From Chrysomallon squamiferum (taxonomy: Eukaryota; Animalia; Mollusca): 64,000 bases of DNA. The stretch's first letter is position 1. Each line of letters opens with the position of its first letter. Location: the NCBI GenBank assembly GCA_012295275.1, contig CM022673.1:12834001-12898000 (forward strand), written 5' to 3'. The notes below the pieces were generated by a model, which was not told where the DNA came from, did not search any database, and saw only the letters and a program-made list of their open reading frames with translations. Below are positions 55,512 through 64,000 of this stretch, piece after piece. The position numbers and the translations under genes were made by a program.

Positions 55512-55967
55512 TTCAAAGTATAAGAGTTCCTGTTTTGGAAAGTATATGTAAAAGACTGGTAACTAAAAATGGAAACAGCAAATACTTTTTAAATGTCAGA
55601 TATTTGGTTACATTTCAGCTGAAAATAAATCAATTTGTTCTAGCAGGACAATTAAAAAAATAAATATATAGAAATATTTCATAATTCAGTAAATTATTTA
55701 AAATTGACAAGGTAATAATTCTTTGACATCCATATTTACTACAACCAAAAAAAAATTTAGAATTACATTAAAAAAATAATAAAAATATATAAATTTAAAC
55801 CCCCCCCAAAAACCAGCAAGTGACCTGAATATTTTATTTCATAATTGTTATTTAAAAACACACAAATATGACAGATGTGAATGACATTTTCAAATAGATT
55901 TTTATTTTATGATAAAAAAATTAAAATTTTACAAATAGTATGATGTGTTAGAATATAGTTTCATTTC

Positions 55968-56003
<36 letters not shown>

Positions 56004-56138
56004 TGATAATGATGATAATAATAATGATAATAATGATGATGATGAATGATGATGATGATAATAATAATAATAATAATAATAATGATGATAATAATAATAA
56101 TAATAGTAGTAGTAGGAGCAATAGTAATAATAATGATA

Positions 56139-56169
<31 letters not shown>

Positions 56170-56170
56170 G
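55968..56170. repeat. (AAT/GAT)n trinucleotide tract
   Basis: Direct. Confidence 0.92.
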
Positions 56171-57509
56171 CTGTAGTAATAAATGTAAAGCTGTAATAAT
56201 TAATAAAAAACAAAACAATAATTATGTAATAACACAATAACATAACAAACAAAAATAATAAGAACAGCTATACTTAAAACAACAACAATAATAATAAAAA
56301 AAAAAATACAACAACATCAGCAGCAGTAACAACAACAATAAAACACCATTTTCTGTTATTTGTAACTTTTTACATTCGTCTTCAAAGTTGTTTCAAAATC
56401 TACTTTATTTCTGAAATACTTGGGTAAACTATTTCTGCTGTTTAAAAACAAAATGCTACTGAAGATTTCTCCTTTCTGTACAACAAAGAAAATATATAAT
56501 TTAACATCCTAACCTTCTGACTGACAAAATAATAACACAAATAGCAGTTGTAATAAATAAACAGTTAAATTAGATATAAAATCTCTAAAATTCTTTCTAA
56601 TGACAAAAACAGAAAACAAAAATGTTTTTCTTAAATGTTAAATATCCTTTTATTGATTAATTTGCCATTCCAAACAGAGCTTCAGAACATTAATTAATAA
56701 CAGTGTTATTTATATTTCAGTTTAGTTTTTAGTTAATAAAGGCAATCCAAGGAAATGCAGTGATAAAGTTATCATTCACATTTAGTAATGTTCCTATGTT
56801 AAAGTTTTTACCGAATACTCAAGTAATATAGAGTTTTTGCTTTCTCAGCTGACTTGTCCTTTCAAGACTGTTTCACTTGCCATTATAATGCTTTCTCCTG
56901 TGCATATAAAAGGCTAAGCCAAAAAATTAAAAATTAAAAATAATTAAAAATAACAACAACAAAAACAACAATAATAATAATAATAAATAAATAAATAAAC
57001 AAACAAACAAATAAATAATTAAAATTAACAATGACAACAACAACAACAACAATAAATAAAAATATTATTATCATTATTACATATTATTTTTGTACAGTCC
57101 AGATAGATAACTTTGAGCATTCATATGATGTTCTTCCCTTACAGATAACAAGTTTTAAAATAACATACAATAAATATTTTTTGGACATAACTTAATATTG
57201 AAATAAAAGAATTATAATTAAAATTTCAAACAGTTGATTTCTTTCTTCCGAGTATAGTTTTGTAACAATATCTTATTACAAGAAAGAAAGAAAGAAGATG
57301 AAACAGCTTGTAAAGTGTATTCAGTTTTGAAGATATAATACACCAGAACTGTATTAAAAGTATGAATTAAAAGTATTAAAAGCAAAATTATACAAAGACT
57401 GAGTGTATACAGACCTTATTAAGGAATATTGTCTTAAATGCTACTATGTTCCATATTAAAACATGGATTTCACATATTAAGCTAAGAAAATAAAAATGAC
57501 TAAATGTGA

Positions 57510-57554
<45 letters not shown>

Positions 57555-58410
57555 ATATACACATATATTTTATTTTAATTGGTTTGGTTTGGTTTGATAT
57601 ATTTTGTTTTATTTTATTTCATATCAGTTCATTTTATTTATTATTGTTTTTTTGTTTTTTTTAATTTGTATTATTGTTTATTTTGTATGTTTGTTGTAGG
57701 AATTTTTTTTTTAATTGTTTTTTTTTTTTTCGCTTCATTGCTACATCCTACAGAAATTATACAAATCTGGTCAGTTCTACTATACACCCATACCCACACA
57801 CACACACATATATAAATATTATTTTTGAAATTATCATTTGTCAGTGTTACCCTATTGTTGTCCATAAGCAACAATTTCTGAACATATATATAAAACAAAA
57901 TATTTTACACAACAAGAACTGTAATAATGATGATGATGGCAATAAAATAATAATAATATAACAACAACAACAACAAAAATCATTATATTATTGGGTATTG
58001 CTTATGTTGATAATGATAGCAATAATGCTGATGAGGGTCATGATGATGATGATGATGATGAAGAAGAAGATAAGGGGAGATAATAACAAAAAATGGTGAG
58101 AATTTAAGGTCAGTGATATTATTTTATTTAGAATATCTCTTATCTTACATTTACATTGGAACTAGAAAAAAAAACAAAAAAACTCAACAACATTTCAACA
58201 TGTGAGAATCAAACCATATGTCTTTGTTTAAAATCTTTGCAAATAGTCTGAACAGACTGGTTCTAATTAGGCTCGTTTCTTGAGAGGCAATATCAGATTT
58301 ATTTTCCTGCTGGATCAATAACATCTGCAATGAAATCCAGATGAATCATCACTTTAGAGAGATTAAGAAAACATGGAGACAAGCTGTGCTGATAGTGTCA
58401 ACAGAAGTTA

Positions 58411-59046
58411 GATGAATCACAGACATCTAAAGACTGCAAGGTGCAGGGGGACACAAGTAAAAACTCCTGTGAAAACATCACAGGGAAAGTTTTTCACTGA
58501 AGTCAGTGACAGGGCTGTAGAGGTGGTTTCAGATGTTGTGGCTGTAGTAGTAGTAGTAGTAGTAGCTGATGAATCACAGACATCTAAAGACTGCAAGGTG
58601 CAGGGGACACAAGTAAAAACTCCTGTCAAAACATCACAGGGAAAATGTTTCACTAAAATCAGTGACAGGGCTGTAGAGGTGGTTTCAGATGCTGTGGTGG
58701 TAGTAGTAGTAGTAGTTGTTGTTGATGAATCACAGACATCTGAAGACTGCAAGGTGCAGGGGACACAAGTAAAAACTGCTGTCAAAACATCACAGGGAAA
58801 GTTTTTCACTGAAGTCAGTGACAGGGCTGTAGAGGTGGTTTCAGATGTTGTGGCTGTAGTAGTAGTAGTAGTAGTAGTTGTTGTTGATGAATCACAGACA
58901 TCTGAAGACTGCAAGGTGCAGGGGACACAAGTAAAAATTGTCAAAACATGACATGAAAATGTTTTCACTGAAATCAGTGACAGGGCTGTAGTGGTAGTAG
59001 TAGTAGTAGTAGTAGTTGTAGATTGCAAGGTGCAGGGGACACAAGT
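58411..59046. repeat. ~156-162-bp tandem repeat (3 full copies plus partials) with embedded (GTA)n tract
   Basis: GATGAATCACAGACATCT starts at 58411, 58568, 58724 and 58886; high identity between copies. Confidence 0.95.
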
Positions 59047-60058
59047 GTTGTCATACTTGTAAAAGTGGAAATAGTGGTAATAGCAGCAGCAGTAGTAGTA
59101 GTAGTAGTAACAGTAGTTGTTGTTGTAATAGTAGTAATAGAAGTTATTGTAGTAGTAACTGGTGTTTTCTTGTTCCAGTCATGCTCTTTTTCATTAAAGT
59201 ATGAAAACCAGATTATGACAGGTTTAAATATTCATTACTTAAAAAATAAACATTCACATGCAAAAGCAAATTAAGTCAAAATTAATGATTTAAATTGTTT
59301 AAAGTAATGAGCATATCAAAACTTGAATTTTTTTATAAATTAAAAAACATTATTTCAGTTCAGATATTAATGTTGTTGCATTGCATGGGTTTTATTTTTT
59401 GTGTTTTTGCATTGTAAATGTTCTTCTTTAAAGAAGTACTGAGTTACAGGACACACAGACTGTCCAGTTTGCTAGTTTTCTCTGTCTGCTTTGGAAATAT
59501 TTTATCCAGCTTAACCTGATAAGATAAAAATTCATTACATATAAAAATTCCACAAACAGTCTCTGGATGTTATCATTTACGTCCCACACATGCACACACA
59601 TGTTCACAACCACACATGCTTGCACACACACACACACACACATAAACTGTTAAATAAAATTTTATATACAAGAGTGTAATACATCATTAAGAAACCAAAC
59701 AAAACCCAGATTCCCTTCTTAATTTCGTTCAGAGATAACATGAGAGCATAAAATATTCATTAAAACATAAATTTCCAGACTTGTTGATAACAAGGTGAAT
59801 AAAGCATCCATTCTAAGCAGAATCCATTAATTATAAAACTAAAGTCCTGCATTTCAAAGAGGTTTTTTTATTTTATCAAAGTATTTTACACCCACTAAGA
59901 GTTCAAGCATTTATCTATGATAAACATTCCTGAAGACAGTTCAAGAGATTTTTTTGTTCAGTCAATCAAAACTCAGGAATCTACTTAAATCCAGCTAAGA
60001 CTGGAACATGCATGTCTTGGAGATTTTGTTCATGTAACTGTTTCTTCAAAAAATATTA

Positions 60059-60095
<37 letters not shown>

Positions 60096-60259
60096 AATGA
60101 ACTTGTATCTATGGAAATTTTCGTAGAATTTATCTAAGGAACCTGGGTTGTCTGCCCATGGCATTGTTAGTATGTTAGATAGTTTTGGTTAGAAGCCAGT
60201 ATTAAGAACTTTCCAGTTTTAACATCAATTTTTTAATATCTGTTCCATTTTCCACTATG

Positions 60260-60420
60260 AATGTTTGTGTTAGGATTCTAGTGGATTGGTTATTTCCCTT
60301 CAACATCATCTAGTACCAAAAAACATGATATATGTTCTGCTGTCTATGGGAAGATGAATTTTAAATAATTCCTATCTGCAAACTGAAAAAGAGTAACACA
60401 CTGTGTTTCCAACTGCTGTG
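60260..60420 (+). mobile_element. Decayed Deu/Nin-domain SINE
   Basis: TTGGTTATTTCCCTT...CTGTCTATGGGAAGATGAATTTTAAATAATTCCTATCTGCAAACTGAAAAAGAGTAAC. Confidence 0.5.
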
Positions 60421-60974
60421 TCTGTCCACTCTATATTTTTACTTTCTTTGTCCATTCAACTCATTCTCACATGTGTTTGTATTAACCTCTTAATAGCCTA
60501 TCATCTCTTCCCTGTTGAACTTTCCAACAGAGAGTGTTTGTCTGTGTTGTAAAATCATTGTTACTGTTGATAAAACATCATAGTTTATGTTACTGTGTAT
60601 CACAAATATCCACTTCTAAATTACAGTCTCTTTGTTTAGAGATAAGATTTAACTCAGGGGTCACCAAATGTTTACATTGTCAACTCTTCTCATTACATCT
60701 TTGTCTCTTTATTGTCCTCTACAACCTTTTTAATGAAGACAGATGTAATAATGATAGTAAAAGGAAAATGGTTATTCACTAAATATAGACACACACATAC
60801 ACACACACACACACAGACACACACAAACAGCCAAAGCAGTTAGTGCAAACAAAAAATCAACATTATCAATTAATAAAACAAAATATATCATGAACACACA
60901 TTTCACTGATTAAATGAAATATGCTTTACATTGCAACCATATTTTCAAAAAAATCATATTTAAAATATTTCTAT

Positions 60975-61307
60975 ATTTTCATCAAAAAGCCAGTGCAGTC
61001 AGTGTAACCCAGAAATCAAGCACGTTAATTCGGTTAGCTGTATGATAATAATTTTATACAGTGACAAAAATAAACACTCTTATCCTTCATCCTCCTAGCA
61101 CTGTTGTTTACAAACAGTTCCTAAGTGATTCCAGTGAAACCAAGTTGTATTTGTTGTTTCTATCTTATCAGAGAACAGCCTGTGCTCTTGGTGTAAACCA
61201 AAACTCAACAGTGACAGTTTATTAATCAGTGTAACAGATATAAAATAATTTAACATACTGACAAAAATAAACATTTGGTGTGCAATTCCCAATATAACTT
61301 CTTAATT

Positions 61308-61344
<37 letters not shown>

Positions 61345-61635
61345 TAACAAATTTTAATATCTTATTCCACTAGAAAAATATTTCAGATGATTTCTTTATC
61401 AGAGAAAAGCCAGTGCATTAAGTGTACCATAGAAATCAAAATGTTAGATCAGCTAGCAGTTATTCAACCATTTAATAACACACATTCTAAGTAAATACAG
61501 TCTGACTTCTAATATGGCTATATACACAAACACACTGTATTTAACTGCCAGTAAAACTATCCATAATTCTTTTTTTCTTAAATAAGTCAAAAATTTTAAA
61601 AAAAAGCCAGTGCATTCAGTGTCGTCCAAACATTT
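60975..61635. repeat. Old degenerate ~190-230-bp repeat, ~4 copies
   Basis: AAAAGCCAGTGCA(G/T)T(C/A)AGTGT variants at ~60985, 61173, 61405 and 61601. Confidence 0.6.
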
Positions 61636-62707
61636 ACACTGTAGATTCAGTATATAAGGTTTTACCCGTACACTAATAACCACTCAGATTGATTAATGAT
61701 CAGAAATACATTGACAGTGAGAGGTTATCTAGTATTCTGGCTATCTGGTTGATTGATTGATTGACTGATTGCTATCTATCTCTTACAGGGAAGCCATAAA
61801 AATATATAATAATAATAAAAAAAAATTGTTATCGTTTTCTCGATCAATCAATCACACTACGTCTAAACAGAATGAGCCGCTCGACACGCTGACTCAGTCT
61901 GACAGGTAATCGATACACTTGATGAAATATCGTACAAACGACAACCATGGGATTCCATTTGGAAAATTCAAAAATTATTATTAAAGATGCCATTCCTTGA
62001 AAAGATCTTTCTCACAAAGAAAAAAATATGAGTGCATGAACGCCATCTCTAAATTATTATTATTATTTTTTTTAAATTATGAGATATATTATCTGTGAGT
62101 TTTGTCTGAATATTATTGTGAATGAAATACAAAAATAGCAGTTTAATAATTAGAAACTTTATTCCATGAATAGGAAGATCATGAATAAAAATACATTAAT
62201 GAATTACAAATGATTAATAAACAAATTAATGGATAAACAATTGTGTTTAATGACATTTAATTGATCTATATTAACAATTTTGATTGTAAGTCACAATTAA
62301 TAGTGATTTCATGGTGATTATAAAAAAGAAAATCTGTTTGAGGGCTAATTTTAGCTTTCAGCAAAGGATCTTTTGTATCAACCTTTTTAATACAAAAGAA
62401 TATAACACCTATGATATATCTGTGAGGTTTGAGCTAAATTTGGAACTGGAAGTAGCTTAACTGGTTCACTACAGAAGATTTATCATGTTTACCGTGATGC
62501 CTCAGAAATGTACTTTATCACCTGAAGTCTTGCTCCCCCCATACAGACTTCTGAAATGATGATGCCGTCTGCAATTTATTTTAAATATCTTCAGTTTAAA
62601 AAAAAAAAAAAAAAATACTTGTTATCATCAACAGCAGATGTTTTTGTCTTATCTTTTCTTCTGTACCTTTTTTCCACCTATTTTTCTTCTATTTTTTTAT
62701 TAGTATT

Positions 62708-62740
<33 letters not shown>

Positions 62741-63079
62741 CATCAGAATAGAAAGAGTGATAAGTTAAAGTGATGAAATCATTGAAGTTTTTTTCTCTTA
62801 AATTTCATTTCCACTCACTTGAAAATTTTTAAAAAATCAAATAAAAAATGCATGAACATTTTCACACTCTCAAGATGTCTGAACTGATAAACAGAAGTAA
62901 AATGTTTTTCCCTGATAAACAAATAAATATCAAAAGCAAATGGAGAATGTTTATAATAAGGAGGTCATGGACAAAACAGTTTTAAAAGTAAAATTCATAA
63001 CATTATTAAAATAGAGAAGACATATTTTTGTCAATATTTGTTTGCCTGTCAAAAGAAATAATAATAAAATAAATAAATA

Positions 63080-63123
<44 letters not shown>

Positions 63124-63274
63124 AATTTGGTATAACATAAGCAATAGATTTCTTAATTAAAATAGTTTGTTGTATATTATATTTAAAAATAACAGATTTA
63201 TGTTTTTAAAATCTGAAGAACAGTTATTATTATTATTTTTCTTTTTAATAGAAAAATCAATAAATAACACTGAC

Positions 63275-63336
<62 letters not shown>

Positions 63337-63339
63337 GTA

Positions 63340-63372
<33 letters not shown>

Positions 63373-63409
63373 GTTTATATTTTTGTATACCTTGCTTTAA
63401 GCAGAATTT

Positions 63410-63510
63410 TACATCATAAATGTTTTTATGACATTTAATATAACATGTTGTTATGACATATAGTATAACATTATTATGACATATAATATAACATGCTTTT
63501 ATGATACAGT
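63410..63510. repeat. ~25-bp degenerate tandem repeat (TTATGACATATAATATAACATG) x4
   Basis: Visible tandem TTATGACAT..TAACAT units. Confidence 0.7.
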
Positions 63511-64000
63511 CTAATGAATGTCAAAATTAAACCCCAAACTCAGTATCATACATCACACAATACAGAGATCCTGAACAACCCATTGGTTCTACTCCTGAAT
63601 ACATGGCTTGAACAGCTGACATATAAAGTATTAAAAAAAAAGTAAAACGTTTTCCCCGAAAGAAAAATAAAATTTGTAATTTACAGTTATTTTCTTGTTA
63701 ATGCATCTTTTGACAAGCAGAGATGAAATCATAAAAAATAAAAAATAAAATAAAAAACATTTCTCAGTTACTTTTTTTATTAAGTCATTTCAGACTTTAA
63801 TTCACAAAACTTTGGTTACACAGCTTCCATTGATTCAACAGAAAACAAGATTTATCCTATTTTTTTTTTATTTTTTTTTTTTGCACTGTTTAGGTAATTT
63901 CACATTCCAACCAGTGCTGCTGTGTAACTGATATTTATAGTTTCTAGGTACATGTAAAAGGATACAGATTATGTTTGTATTGCAGGAATTAATTGAAAGA

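Overview
This is eukaryotic, very AT-rich, microsatellite-saturated DNA, mostly intron or intergenic. Many decayed Deu/Nin-domain tRNA-derived SINEs suggest a mollusc, possibly a gastropod (inference from recalled repeat consensus, not a search). No prokaryotic genes, CRISPR array, rRNA or intact tRNA were found, and nearly all ORF-track entries are translated simple repeats. The supportable content is: (1) a ~1.65 kb internally deleted ISL2EU-like (PIF/Harbinger group) DNA transposon relic at ~24.9-26.6 kb, with imperfect TIRs, THAP/HTH/DDE fragments on the minus strand and a convergent accessory-ORF fragment on the plus strand; (2) one candidate start-codon exon of an unidentified minus-strand gene (46970-47515) in a CpG-rich segment; (3) at least seven tandem-repeat arrays (25, 28, ~33, 38, 50, ~118 and ~156 bp units); (4) several degenerate motif arrays near the exon and in the presumed intron. 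I cannot support a clear new biological system. The most curious signals are a splice donor embedded in a ~48-bp tandem repeat, a periodic conserved-core/variable-spacer array (TCTAYTTAAAT every ~36 bp), and a dense TGTTTAC cluster.
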